Source of the DNA: an uncultured candidate division WWE3 bacterium
Lineage (GTDB): Bacteria; Patescibacteriota; WWE3; UBA101185; UBA10185
DNA length: 64,000 nt
Reading direction: 5' to 3'
Assembly: GCA_903879985.1 (NCBI GenBank)
Contig: CAIRNR010000007.1
Location: forward strand, 69,382 to 133,381
Positions 1 through 10,869 of this stretch are shown in pieces. The position numbers and the translations under genes are program-made. The first letter of the stretch is position 1. Every line of letters begins with the position of its first letter. The notes under the pieces are model-generated. The model saw only the letters and a list, made by a program, of their open reading frames with translations, did no database searches and had not been told where the DNA came from.

Positions 1-2
1 AC

Positions 3-3000
3 GTTGTTGACGCGTTAGGTAATTTAAATAGTGTAACGACCACAGGATCTGTTGCAACAAACACTACTGCAGACTATATGCCCGTTGCAGAATTTAATGG
101 AGACAGTAACCACTATGCCATTGCCGATCCTACAGACGTTACAGGTTTTCCTGGCGCAGACCAATCATTCACTATTAAAATGCGACTTTGGCCTTCAAGC
201 AGCGGCACTGGTATAAACCAAGTAATTCTAGAAAAAGGTCCAATAGGAGAAAGATACCGCTTATCGATTGATGAAAACATGAGACTGCGCGGAACAGTTT
301 ATTTGCAAGGCGAAGAAGTATCGACACCAGATTATTATGGTTACAAATCAGTTCCAGCCGATTTTACAAACGCACAATTAATTCCCGATCAGTGGAACGA
401 TATCGAAATGAAATGGAATTATGAAGACAGAGGTTTAGCAATAAGAGTAAATCAAAATCGGGAAGTCGCAGTTTATTATAGTAATCGTAGAGCATTTCCG
501 TTTTCAGATAATGCTTTTGTAATTGGAAGTGCCTTTAATGGTGACGGAAGAATCCTTGGCAAAATAGACGGCGTTAGAATATTTTCAGGTGCTGATGTTG
601 AAGCACCACAAATTACAGTTGAATCGTCAGATAACCAAGAAAGAGTAACAACACCAACTCCTTCGTTTAACTTAACAGCAACAGACACATCAGGAGTAGC
701 ATCCTTGGAATATTTATTTTATAACAGTTCTGCCGGTCAAAACCTAGACGGTAAGGCATGGGTACAAGTAACTAATCCAACAACTGGCAATTGGGGCGAT
801 CACACAATTACAGCTACAATTACAGCAAATAACTTAACCGACGGCAAATGGTATTTATACATGCGCGCTACCGATGTGAATGGTTTAAAAACTGTATATA
901 CAAACGATGGGTGGTTCACAAGTTATGATCAGTCAACGGCAACTTCGGTCATGCCCTATTATAGATTCGTAGTAGAAGTTCGCGATACAACACCACCAAG
1001 AATTTACGCGCAACCTGTTATTCCAAATCCAACCGAGGATAAAAATCCTGCAATACGCGGTTACGTTAAAGACTATGTAACACTAAACACTGGCGATACC
1101 GCATCAAACATTCAGTCTATAAAATATCGCGTAAACGGTGGCGAATATATAAATGTGGAACCCTTGGATGGCGCTTTTGATTCACCAGAAGAAGAATTTT
1201 TTATACATTTAACTAATTTAACGGCTGGAACTTATTCGGTAGAAATTCAAGCTGCAGACGCCTCGGGAAATACCACAGAATCTAAAGTTGCCGGAAGCAC
1301 TTATGGAAGTTATACCGACACATTTACGGTTGTGGATCGTTTAGTTACTTTGCCAGAACAACAAATTACAAAAGAAGAAACATTTCAAGATCACACGTTA
1401 CACGATATTTTATTTACAACAGGTATTTGGGGAAATGGCTTACTTAGGTTAAGACAAAAAATCGACTTCACTGATATTACAGCCTTATATACAAACGCCG
1501 ATGATTTTGCAAATAGATATGGTGATACAACTGTAGGTGTTTATCCAACCGCCGATGGAAATAATTTATGGCTTGCAACAAACGACGGAAGAATTATGTA
1601 CTACAACACAACTTCTGGAGCCTACACAAAGTATCCAAACTTTAAACCAGGAGGTTGGGGCGCGCCAAAAATAAACGCAATCAAGGAATTTAAATACACC
1701 ACAGGCGGAGTTGAAAAAACTTACGTAGTAATTACATATAACTGGGACAGTACAATTGTTTACGACACAAACAACACACCTGAAAATTTGTCGGATGATC
1801 CACCATTTGTGGATTATAAAAATGCACCAGGCATAGACACACAAGCTTTTATGGAAAGATTCGTAACTTTTGGAATCGATACGCGTGCAAATACTTTAGC
1901 GTACTACGCAATGATTGCCGACACTGGAAGCGATAAATTTATTGTAAGGATAGATACTCATAACACGCCAATGGATTTATCTGATGATACATATACATTG
2001 TGGGGCCGTTCCGATGGACTAACTTTGTTAAATCCAAACAGCACGCCTCATTCCTTTGATTTGACCTCAGCATACTTCGATCAAGAAAATAACCTAATGT
2101 TAATTGGAAGTTACGACGACGGCCTATATGTGTGTAGAGATAACGGAGATGATCCTACAGCAATACCGGATAACCCATGTTATTTATCACAAACTTCTGA
2201 CGCCGCAAAATGGACATTTTCTTTTATTAAAGACCCTAACGGCTGGTATTGGTTCGGTGGCGATAGCGGGCTAAGCAGAATATTCTTGGGAGATTTAGCA
2301 AACCGTACGGACGACCAATTTGTACACGTGTTAGCACCTGCTGATATAGGCCTTGAACAAGCGGGACCTGTTAGTTGGATTCCAGGAGTCGATCCAGTGG
2401 GCGACGAAGTCTGGACGTTAACACGACAAGGTCACATACGCGGGCTTGAATACAACTACACTTACGCTGACACCTTAGATGACACAACTTACGATTTCAA
2501 AGTCCCCGGAATCGACTCACGAATTGGCGGAACAATCTCGATGTACGTCCAAAATAGAAATACAGCGTGGGTTGTTGTTGCCGGAAGAGGTTTACAAAAA
2601 ATCAGTTTGGCCAGAAGTTTTGAAGACACAAATGTTATCGAACTACTACCTACTCCACTTGAAGGAATGCTCGCTATAGACCAAATCAAACTCGATGATG
2701 TTATCGGACGTGTAAGTGCAGGTTCTTCAAAAACCTTAAACCAACTTGTAACTTATCAAGTATCAAACGATGCGGGAGTATCTTGGTATCAAATTGAATT
2801 GGGACAAACTTTAAAATTCCCACACTCTGATTACAAACTAAAAATCAGAATAATATTTACAAAAGGTTCAACGCCAATTATTACAAAAATAGGTTTAGTC
2901 TATAACGCTGAAGCAGGCAATCCGGATACACCAAGAGATCCAGGAACACCGGGCGTAATAATAGTTCCTGTAGATAACGGTGGTGGCAGTGACGGAGGAA

Positions 3001-4487
3001 ATGTAGGCACATGCGAAGATACACAACCTTCTGGTACACCACTAATTTATAAAGTAGAACCCGGCACCAACAGCTTAACTATTTACTTTAATCCAAACAA
3101 TCAGCCAATGGATAAGTACGGTGTAGATATTGGAAAACGAAGTGAGGAATATTCAACCTACATTAAGTTCTCCGATTACTCCGACGGGAAATTTAAAATC
3201 ACAGGACTTGATCCAAACACAAAATATTACATGAGATTACGAGCAATCAATGGCTGTGAAAACGGAGACTGGTCCGGAGAAGTTTTAGGAATGACAAACA
3301 CAACAGGTGGAGGAACAGGAAACGGTGTAAACCCATTACCAACACCTCTCCCAGTAACAACACCTGCCCCTACTGACAATGGGGATAACGGACAACCAGT
3401 ACCAACTCCAACACCAATAGTGCGACCAACTGTTCCGGGAAACCATAACCCAACGCCAACACCTGATAACACCGTTACACAAAATAGCTCCACTGATAAA
3501 GGCAAAACAATAACAGAAGTTTTAGGTGGAATGACTGAACCACTAAAAACTATTGTGAAATCTGGTGCGGCAAAACCTATTTCTTTAGACCTAACGGCGT
3601 TTGCAGTAACAACAAGCATGTCTGTTTACTTGCTGGATTTATTAGCAGTTATGCAAACCGGAAAGGCATTTAATTTCGGTCTACTCACACTAGGATTTTG
3701 GAAAAAGAAAAAGAATCCTTGGGGAGTTGTATACGATGCTAAAAACAAACAGCCACTTGATCCAGTTATTGTTACCTTAACCGGCATGGACGGAAAGAAG
3801 TATCAATGCATCACAGACATGTACGGACGATACGAATTTATAGTAAACCCAGGACAATATTATATCGAAGCATCAAAAACCGATTACGCTTATCCCTCAA
3901 ATATGGTACGAACACAACTTGAAGAAACAGCTTACGAAGACGTGTTAGCAACGTCAACAATTACCGTCAGAAAAGATGAGGCAGTTAGATACAACATTCC
4001 AATGGATCCACTTAAAAAGAATTGGAACCAATTAGAAAAAGTTCGATTGGGAATTAAAGGTCCGCATAAATTATGGAAACCAATCACACGACTTTCATTT
4101 TACTTTGGCTTAGTATGGAGCATATTCGCCGTTGTGGTAACTCCAAGTACATTCAACCTTGTGATACTTGGGATATTTAGTGTTTATACAATATACGTAC
4201 TATTTATAGAAAGACACGAACGCTGGGGAGTAATTACCGATCAATACGATAACCCTTCGGCTGGCTTATTGGTTACCTTAGTGAATCCTGCACATCCAAA
4301 CCTAAGTGGTAAACAAGCAGTTACGGATGTTTGGGGAAGATATAACTTTTTGGTTAGTAAAGGTTCGCATAAAATTAAGATTGAGAAGATTGTGGACGGT
4401 GTTAAGACTTTGTTGTATGAATCTAGGATTATTGAGGTTGAGGGTGATTTTGGTAGGATTGCGCAGGATGTGTGTGTGAGGGTTTAG
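3..4487 (+). CDS. Giant multidomain surface/membrane-anchored protein (LamG-like, Ig-like, beta-propeller-like, FN3, Pro/Thr linker, TM helices, two carboxypeptidase-regulatory-like domains); 5' partial
   Basis: The frame is open from base 3 (VVDALGN...) upstream of the ATG at 78. Visible motifs: GKIDGVRIF (LamG end), DTTPP/AADASGN (Ig-like), GLDPNTKYYMRLRAINGC (FN3), PTPTP linker, and WGVVYD..TDMYGRY repeated twice around the TM segments. Confidence 0.85.
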   Translation, partial: VVDALGNLNSVTTTGSVATNTTADYMPVAEFNGDSNHYAIADPTDVTGFPGADQSFTIKMRLWPSSSGTGINQVILEKGPIGERYRLSIDENMRLRGTVYLQGEEVSTPDYYGYKSVPADFTNAQLIPDQWNDIEMKWNYEDRGLAIRVNQNREVAVYYSNRRAFPFSDNAFVIGSAFNGDGRILGKIDGVRIFSGADVEAPQITVESSDNQERVTTPTPSFNLTATDTSGVASLEYLFYNSSAGQNLDGKAWVQVTNPTTGNWGDHTITATITANNLTDGKWYLYMRATDVNGLKTVYTNDGWFTSYDQSTATSVMPYYRFVVEVRDTTPPRIYAQPVIPNPTEDKNPAIRGYVKDYVTLNTGDTASNIQSIKYRVNGGEYINVEPLDGAFDSPEEEFFIHLTNLTAGTYSVEIQAADASGNTTESKVAGSTYGSYTDTFTVVDRLVTLPEQQITKEETFQDHTLHDILFTTGIWGNGLLRLRQKIDFTDITALYTNADDFANRYGDTTVGVYPTADGNNLWLATNDGRIMYYNTTSGAYTKYPNFKPGGWGAPKINAIKEFKYTTGGVEKTYVVITYNWDSTIVYDTNNTPENLSDDPPFVDYKNAPGIDTQAFMERFVTFGIDTRANTLAYYAMIADTGSDKFIVRIDTHNTPMDLSDDTYTLWGRSDGLTLLNPNSTPHSFDLTSAYFDQENNLMLIGSYDDGLYVCRDNGDDPTAIPDNPCYLSQTSDAAKWTFSFIKDPNGWYWFGGDSGLSRIFLGDLANRTDDQFVHVLAPADIGLEQAGPVSWIPGVDPVGDEVWTLTRQGHIRGLEYNYTYADTLDDTTYDFKVPGIDSRIGGTISMYVQNRNTAWVVVAGRGLQKISLARSFEDTNVIELLPTPLEGMLAIDQIKLDDVIGRVSAGSSKTLNQLVTYQVSNDAGVSWYQIELGQTLKFPHSDYKLKIRIIFTKGSTPIITKIGLVYNAEAGNPDTPRDPGTPGVIIVPVDNGGGSDGGNVGTCEDTQPSGTPLIYKVEPGTNSLTIYFNPNNQPMDKYGVDIGKRSEEYSTYIKFSDYSDGKFKITGLDPNTKYYMRLRAINGCENGDWSGEVLGMTNTTGGGTGNGVNPLPTPLPVTTPAPTDNGDNGQPVPTPTPIVRPTVPGNHNPTPTPDNTVTQNSSTDKGKTITEVLGGMTEPLKTIVKSGAAKPISLDLTAFAVTTSMSVYLLDLLAVMQTGKAFNFGLLTLGFWKKKKNPWGVVYDAKNKQPLDPVIVTLTGMDGKKYQCITDMYGRYEFIVNPGQYYIEASKTDYAYPSNMVRTQLEETAYEDVLATSTITVRKDEAVRYNIPMDPLKKNWNQLEKVRLGIKGPHKLWKPITRLSFYFGLVWSIFAVVVTPSTFNLVILGIFSVYTIYVLFIERHERWGVITDQYDNPSAGLLVTLVNPAHPNLSGKQAVTDVWGRYNFLVSKGSHKIKIEKIVDGVKTLLYESRIIEVEGDFGRIAQDVCVRV

Positions 4488-4606
4488 CTCAACTATAAAA
4501 ATACCCGACATTACGCTTTATTTACTAAAGCAATCTTTAAAAAGTGTGTTAAAATGCTACAATTGTATAGGCTTATGAAGGCTCACTCCCATGAGGAATC
4601 AAATTT

Positions 4607-6811
4607 ATGGATACCAAAACAAAAGGAATATCAATTATTGTTCCAACTTGGAATGAAGAAAAGAACATCAAACCTCTAACGGAGAGGATTAGTGCCGCCC
4701 TTACAAAGAATAATATACCTTACGAGGTTATTTTTATCGAGGATAATTCCTCAGATAAAACCAAAGAAGTAATTAAGGCTCTTTCTGCAAAATATCCAAT
4801 ATCTTTATATATGAAGGTCGGTAAAAAAGGCAAAGCACAGTCCTTAATAGAAGGATTCTCCCATGCAAAATACCCGGTGTTATGTATGATTGACGCAGAC
4901 CTTCAATATCCACCTGAAAATATCCCTGCTATGTATAACAAAGTCTGTTATGAGACTGGCACTACCGATATAGTAGTTGGCAATCGTGCGCAGTATCACA
5001 AAGATTTCCTCCGAAAAACGGCAAGCTACGTTTTCCGCACTTTCTTTGGTCAATATCTACATAACTTAAACTGTGATGTTCAATCAGGGTTAAAAGTTTT
5101 CAAAAAAGAAATTGTACAACGAATACGCCTAAACTCCTCCACATGGGACTTTGATTTAGAATTTCTAGTTAGAGCCCGAAATGCCGGTTACAAAATTGAA
5201 TCTATGGATATTGATTTTAATAAGAGAGATCATGGAGAGTCTAAAGTTAATCTATTAAGCGCATCGGCTAACATAGCCTTTTCTGCGCTAAAATTAAAGG
5301 TTAGGAGCCCAGATATAGTCCCATTTTTACCAGAATACGAAGCAACACGCGGTAAAGGTTTCCATTATAGAGGTGTTGAGTTTGTACACCACTCAGACCT
5401 GCATCATTCGGAAAGTGCAATCCACCGATTTTCCACTTCCCAAAAGGTTATGCTACTTACACTGGTATTTATTTTTACAGTGCTTTTGACAGCTAACTGG
5501 CATTTAACCTTAGTAGTATTTATCGCACTATTAACAATCTTGTATTTTGTGGATTTAATGTTCAATTTTTTCCTAATATATAGAAGCTTTTCTAAACCAG
5601 AGGAGATCGTGGTTACTGCCCAGGAGATGTCGAAAATTTCTGAAACAGAGTGGCCAACCTATACAATACTTTGCCCATTGTACAAAGAGTGGCAAGTTTT
5701 ACCTCAACTTGTAACCGCTATGAGCAATTTGGAGTATCCAAAGAATAAACTCCAGATAATGTTATTACTCGAAGAAAAAGATAAAGAAACAATAGCAAAA
5801 GTTGCAGAATATGATTTACCGGATTTTTTTGACGTTGTTGTGGTACCAGACTCTCAACCAAAAACAAAACCAAAAGCATGTAATTACGGCTTACCTAGGG
5901 CAACTGGAGAATATACAGTTATTTACGACGCAGAAGATATACCAGATACAAAACAACTCAAAAAAGCAGTACTTGCCTTTAAGAAAGTTCCAAGTAATGT
6001 TGCATGCATACAATCAAAACTTAACTTTTATAACCCACATCAAAACATTTTAACTAGAGTATTCACAGCAGAGTATTCACTATGGTTTGACCTAATACTT
6101 ACTGGATTACAGTCTATTCATGCACCTATACCTTTAGGAGGAACATCAAACCATTTTAGAACAAAAGACCTCAAAGAACTTAAAGGCTGGGATGCTTTTA
6201 ACGTAACTGAAGATTGTGACTTAGGCATTAGATTAGTAAAAAGAGGTTTAAAAACTGCAATATTAGATTCAACCACACTCGAAGAAGCAAACAGTAATTT
6301 AAGAAACTGGTTCTGGCAACGAACCCGCTGGGTCAAAGGCTATATTCAATCATATTTAGTACATATGCGTAAACCAAAAGAATTCATGCGCGATTGGAAA
6401 GAACCACATGTAGTAACTTTTCAACTTGTCGTAGGAGGAAAAGTATTATCTATGTTTATTAATCCTCTTATGTGGTTGATTACAATTAGTTACTTTGTAT
6501 TTAGAGCACAAATAGGAACTTTTATCGAGCAATTTTACCCAACACCAATTTTATATATGGCAACCTTTTGTATAGTTTTCGGAAACTTCCTGTACGTCTA
6601 TTACTACATGATAGGTTGTGCTAAGCGCGAATATTATGACATTATTAAATACGTATTTTTAGTTCCTTTATATTGGCTGGGAATGAGTATGGCAGCATGG
6701 GTTGCTGTGTATCAGTTTATTAAAGCACCACATTACTGGCAAAAAACTTTGCATGGGTTGCATTTGAATAAGGAGGGAACAGCAATTCCTGCAGCTGTCC
6801 CAACAAAATAA
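4607..6811 (+). CDS. Two-domain GT2 glycosyltransferase: polyprenol-phosphate sugar synthase-like domain plus processive synthase-like (XagB/NfrB-like) domain
   Basis: N-terminal SIIVPTWNE..EDNSSD..IDADLQYPP. Second domain has KTKPKACNY, YDAED, GGTSNHF, NVTEDCDLG and QRTRW, with flanking TM helices. Confidence 0.9.
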   Translation: MDTKTKGISIIVPTWNEEKNIKPLTERISAALTKNNIPYEVIFIEDNSSDKTKEVIKALSAKYPISLYMKVGKKGKAQSLIEGFSHAKYPVLCMIDADLQYPPENIPAMYNKVCYETGTTDIVVGNRAQYHKDFLRKTASYVFRTFFGQYLHNLNCDVQSGLKVFKKEIVQRIRLNSSTWDFDLEFLVRARNAGYKIESMDIDFNKRDHGESKVNLLSASANIAFSALKLKVRSPDIVPFLPEYEATRGKGFHYRGVEFVHHSDLHHSESAIHRFSTSQKVMLLTLVFIFTVLLTANWHLTLVVFIALLTILYFVDLMFNFFLIYRSFSKPEEIVVTAQEMSKISETEWPTYTILCPLYKEWQVLPQLVTAMSNLEYPKNKLQIMLLLEEKDKETIAKVAEYDLPDFFDVVVVPDSQPKTKPKACNYGLPRATGEYTVIYDAEDIPDTKQLKKAVLAFKKVPSNVACIQSKLNFYNPHQNILTRVFTAEYSLWFDLILTGLQSIHAPIPLGGTSNHFRTKDLKELKGWDAFNVTEDCDLGIRLVKRGLKTAILDSTTLEEANSNLRNWFWQRTRWVKGYIQSYLVHMRKPKEFMRDWKEPHVVTFQLVVGGKVLSMFINPLMWLITISYFVFRAQIGTFIEQFYPTPILYMATFCIVFGNFLYVYYYMIGCAKREYYDIIKYVFLVPLYWLGMSMAAWVAVYQFIKAPHYWQKTLHGLHLNKEGTAIPAAVPTK

Positions 6812-6894
6812 ATCATACTTTTCAAGAGATATTTAAAAAAATAAAACCCAATGAACTACTAGGATTAACTACTATTGGACTAGCGATTGCATTT

Positions 6895-8100
6895 TTGTTG
6901 CAATTTTTGCCACCCCGTCGTTTCTGGAAAAGAACACTTATTGATGCAAACGATTTGCTAAAAAAAGACTTTGAAGTTGACACAAAAAACGTTAGAGGCA
7001 CGAAGATACTTGTATTTAACTGGCGTGACAACAGCCACGTATTTGCTGGAGGAGCTGAGGTTTATGTGCATGAATTATCTAAGAGGCTTGTTTCTGAAGG
7101 TAACCATGTAACTTTATTCTGCGGAAATGACGGTAGAGCTCCACGCTACGAAATCGTAGATGGTGTATATATTGTCAGAAGAGGGGGCTTTTACCTTGTT
7201 TATCTTTGGGCGTTCTTATATTACATGCTTAAATTTAGAAATAAATACGATGTAGTTATCGATTGTGAAAACGGAATACCGTTTTTTACACCCTTGTACG
7301 TTAGAAAACCCATATTTTGTGTATTACACCACGTGCATTTAGATATCTTTAGCAACTACCTAAATAGGCCTATGGCACTTTTAGCGAAATTTCTTGAGGG
7401 CACATTGATGCCATTGGTTTACTTAAATGTACCATTTATTACAGTTTCGCAGTCGACGAAGATGTCTATGAAAGAGATAGGTTTAGGTAAGAAAGGTATA
7501 TATATAGTGCAAAACGGTGTGGATCTATTAAACTTGATACCCGGGGCAAAAGCCACCAATCCATTGGTTCTATATTTAGGCAGACTAAAAGAATACAAAT
7601 CGGTGGATATTCTAATCAAAGCTTTTAAATCCGTATTAGATAAAACACCAAATGCAAATTTGATAATTGCAGGTAGCGGTACAGAAGAGAGTAATTTAAA
7701 GAAATTAACGGAAAACTTAGGTTTAACCGGAAGTGTTTCCTTTCTGGGTAAGGTTACTGAGGAAGAAAAAATAAAATTGATGCAAAGAGCCTGGGCGTTT
7801 GTTAATCCATCATATATTGAGGGTTGGGGTATTACCGTCATTGAGGCTAACGCTTGTGGTACGCTAGTGGTAGCATCAGATGTAGCAGGGTTAAGGGATT
7901 CTGTAAAAAATTCATACAATGGCTTCCTAGTAGATTACGGTAATATAACAGCCTTTTCGTCAAAAATAATTGAAGTCTTGCAAAATTCATTGGTCAGGGA
8001 ATCCTGCAGTAAAAACGCCGTAATTTGGGCAAGTAAATTCAGTTGGGATATGAGTGCGCAACTTTTAATAAGCATCATAAAGGGAGATCTATATCTGTGA
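6895..8100 (+). CDS. GT4 glycosyltransferase (start uncertain; frame open from 6772)
   Basis: Motifs GGAEVY, YLGRLKEYK and EGWGITVIEANACG. Confidence 0.85.
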   Translation: MLQFLPPRRFWKRTLIDANDLLKKDFEVDTKNVRGTKILVFNWRDNSHVFAGGAEVYVHELSKRLVSEGNHVTLFCGNDGRAPRYEIVDGVYIVRRGGFYLVYLWAFLYYMLKFRNKYDVVIDCENGIPFFTPLYVRKPIFCVLHHVHLDIFSNYLNRPMALLAKFLEGTLMPLVYLNVPFITVSQSTKMSMKEIGLGKKGIYIVQNGVDLLNLIPGAKATNPLVLYLGRLKEYKSVDILIKAFKSVLDKTPNANLIIAGSGTEESNLKKLTENLGLTGSVSFLGKVTEEEKIKLMQRAWAFVNPSYIEGWGITVIEANACGTLVVASDVAGLRDSVKNSYNGFLVDYGNITAFSSKIIEVLQNSLVRESCSKNAVIWASKFSWDMSAQLLISIIKGDLYL

Positions 8101-9188
8101 GAATAATTCACTTCGATTATGATTATAAGGAAAATCCATTTGCTGGAGGTGGACAAGCTAACGCTACGCATGAACTATATAAACGAATATCCCGTAAACA
8201 CGATGTTATTGTATTTACTGGTAGTTATCCAAGTTCAAAGAATGAAGTAATCGAAGGTGTGAGCTACAAAAGAATAGGAATTGGAAATTTTGGTGCGGTT
8301 ATAAGTATATTAAGCTATTGGGTATTATTTCCAGTTTATTCGATTTTCTTAAAAGCTGATTTGTTTACTGAATTTTTTACGGCCCCCTTTGCAGTTTCCT
8401 TCCTTCCTTTGGTCAAAAGAAAAACTGTAGGTTATGCAAGTTTTGTGGGTAGTAAAGATTTGTCGAAAAAATATAAACTACCTTTCCACTTTTTAATACC
8501 TATGCTTATTGGCAGGTATCATACAGTTATTTTCCTAAGCGAGAGGTATTGCAGCCAGTTTAAGAATCGATACAAAAACTTGAACGCAACAGTACTTCCA
8601 AGAGGTGTTGATAGCAAATTTTTATCTGCGCCTGCGTTAGACAATGCATATATGCTTTTTCTTGGACGAATAGATATACATCAAAAAGGTATAGATACCT
8701 TGCTAGAAGCAATGTATAAAGTAATTTATATTAATAAAATTTCAACAAGGCTTTATATTGGGGGAAACGGCAAACCTGAAGACATGCGAACACTAAGGTA
8801 TCTTATTGAAAAATATAAGCTGAATAGTTATGTTAAAGTCCTAGGTAGAGTGGCTAGCGGTAACAGAGTGGAACTCCTAACTAACGCTCAACTAGTTTTG
8901 TGTCCATCGAGATTTGAAACTTTTGGAAATGTTGCACTAGAGAGTTTGGCATCAGGTAAACCTTTGATATGCACAAATATTGATGGATATTCGTGGATAC
9001 CTGCGGAGTGTGCATGTAAAATTGCAACTTTGACGCCTTCAATTTTAGCGGATTCCATTATACACTTACTGCAGGACGCACATTTGAGGGGTATATTAAG
9101 TACTAATGCGAGGAAATTTGCAAAAGACTTTTCTTGGGACGTAATAGCTGCAAAATACGAAAGCATTTTATTGGAGGCAAGTAAGTAG
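8097..9188 (+). CDS. GT4 glycosyltransferase
   Basis: GTG start overlaps the upstream TGA (GTGA) after AGGGAG. Motifs FLGRIDIHQKG and ETFGNVALESLASG. Confidence 0.85.
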   Translation: MRIIHFDYDYKENPFAGGGQANATHELYKRISRKHDVIVFTGSYPSSKNEVIEGVSYKRIGIGNFGAVISILSYWVLFPVYSIFLKADLFTEFFTAPFAVSFLPLVKRKTVGYASFVGSKDLSKKYKLPFHFLIPMLIGRYHTVIFLSERYCSQFKNRYKNLNATVLPRGVDSKFLSAPALDNAYMLFLGRIDIHQKGIDTLLEAMYKVIYINKISTRLYIGGNGKPEDMRTLRYLIEKYKLNSYVKVLGRVASGNRVELLTNAQLVLCPSRFETFGNVALESLASGKPLICTNIDGYSWIPAECACKIATLTPSILADSIIHLLQDAHLRGILSTNARKFAKDFSWDVIAAKYESILLEASK

Positions 9189-9190
9189 CA

Positions 9191-10807
9191 ATGAAAACTA
9201 TAGATAAGAATATAAAAATATTAATAATATTGGCACTTTTAGTAAGTGTAGCGTCTTTTGCCTACTGTTATAATTTAGCACAACTCAACTTAAAGTATGG
9301 CGATTCACTATCTAGATTAAATATATCGAGAAAAATAGTAGACAACCTAACACCTGGATTTGCACAGCTTGGAAATATATGGTTGCCACTTCCGCAGATA
9401 TTGATGTTACCATTTGTTTGGTCCGAGAGGCTTTGGCATACTGGCCTGGCGGGTTATTTAATGTCCGGCGCAGCATATGTGGGGATAATTGTATTCTTAT
9501 ATAAGCTTTCTCTATTATTATTTAATTCAACTCGTGCTGGTTTTATCGCGGCTATTGTGGGCTTATTGAACCCTAACCTTATTTATTTTCAAACAACAGC
9601 CATGTCTGAAATCATATTCATATTCACTTTAGTAGGGAGTGCTTATTTTATAGCGAAGTGGATTAAAACTAAGGCGATTTACGATTTATTGTTAGGAGCT
9701 CTCTTTGTTTCCTGTACTACACTAATACGCTACGAGGGGTATTTTGTTCTGCTAATCTCCATTGCGCTGGTTATCTACGTCGCTTATCTAAAAGGAAAAA
9801 AACTAGCGACAGTGGAAGGCACAGCAATAATCTTTACTACTCTTGCTGCCACAGGTGTTATGGCATGGTTACTTTACTGTGGTTTAATATTTAATGATCC
9901 ATTCTACTGGAAGAAGATCTACTCCGGGGAAAACTCCATTATATCTACCGACATTGTCTCTAAAAAAATTAGAACAGATCAAAATGCCGTAAAAGCACAG
10001 GAAGGTGACATCATTAAATCTTTGTATGATTATGGAAGTGCTACGGCACAAATGAACGGAATTATTTTAACATCCGCGACATGTCTATGTTCATTAGGAT
10101 TTCTTGTATATTTAATAAGAAGAAAAGCGTACATACATAAACCTGAGTTGCTAGTGATAGTACTGCTAACCGCCCCCCTATTATTTGTAGTAATGACTTT
10201 ATATAAAGGAAATATTCCGCTTTATTTACCAGCGTTGAGTCTAAAAGCATTACTTAATCGAGACACAAGCTTACAATACGAATACAATATTCGATACGGC
10301 CTACTTATGTTTCCATTAGTAGCAATTCTATTCAGTTGGCTCGCAAGTAAAAGTAGAATGTTGTGGTGGATTTTATTATCGATTTTGTTATTGCAAGTCT
10401 TTACTGTATTTTTTACTCCCTTTTACACCATCTATAGCATTCCAGCAAAATTAGCGTCGACTGATCCAGGAACTAATTACGGTAAAAACGCGGCGAGTGA
10501 TTGGTTGAAGATAAATTATGACGGAGGATTAATACTAATTAGTGCCCTAAAACATGATCCCGAGATGTTTTATTTAGGAATAGATTATAAAAATTTTATA
10601 CATGAAGGAACCGGACACTACTGGTTAGAATCCGTAAAAATGCCACAAAAATATGCTAAATGGATTTTTATGTACAAACAAAAGAACACCACAAATAGTA
10701 TAGAGGATTCGGTGACTAAATACATATATGATATGCCGCAATTATACGATAATTTTGATACGGTTTATGATGATGGCACTTACGTAATATTTAAAAGAAA
10801 GATATAA
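9191..10807 (+). CDS. GT-C fold (PMT/ArnT/GT39-like) integral membrane glycosyltransferase
   Basis: Polytopic; YGDSLSRLNISRKIVDNLTPGFAQLG, TTAMSE, LIRYEG; paralog of 11606..13114. Confidence 0.75.
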   Translation: MKTIDKNIKILIILALLVSVASFAYCYNLAQLNLKYGDSLSRLNISRKIVDNLTPGFAQLGNIWLPLPQILMLPFVWSERLWHTGLAGYLMSGAAYVGIIVFLYKLSLLLFNSTRAGFIAAIVGLLNPNLIYFQTTAMSEIIFIFTLVGSAYFIAKWIKTKAIYDLLLGALFVSCTTLIRYEGYFVLLISIALVIYVAYLKGKKLATVEGTAIIFTTLAATGVMAWLLYCGLIFNDPFYWKKIYSGENSIISTDIVSKKIRTDQNAVKAQEGDIIKSLYDYGSATAQMNGIILTSATCLCSLGFLVYLIRRKAYIHKPELLVIVLLTAPLLFVVMTLYKGNIPLYLPALSLKALLNRDTSLQYEYNIRYGLLMFPLVAILFSWLASKSRMLWWILLSILLLQVFTVFFTPFYTIYSIPAKLASTDPGTNYGKNAASDWLKINYDGGLILISALKHDPEMFYLGIDYKNFIHEGTGHYWLESVKMPQKYAKWIFMYKQKNTTNSIEDSVTKYIYDMPQLYDNFDTVYDDGTYVIFKRKI

Positions 10808-10869
10808 CGCTAAAACATTCTAGACATGAATATATGTAATATATTTGGGAAATAGCTTGACTACTATCA

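Noticed and set aside
3300-3480. ACACCA-type tandem repeats
   Set aside because: They are explained by the Pro/Thr linker coding.
4320-4487. DGR variable repeat
   Set aside because: No template repeat or reverse transcriptase was seen in the window; kept only as a composition anomaly.
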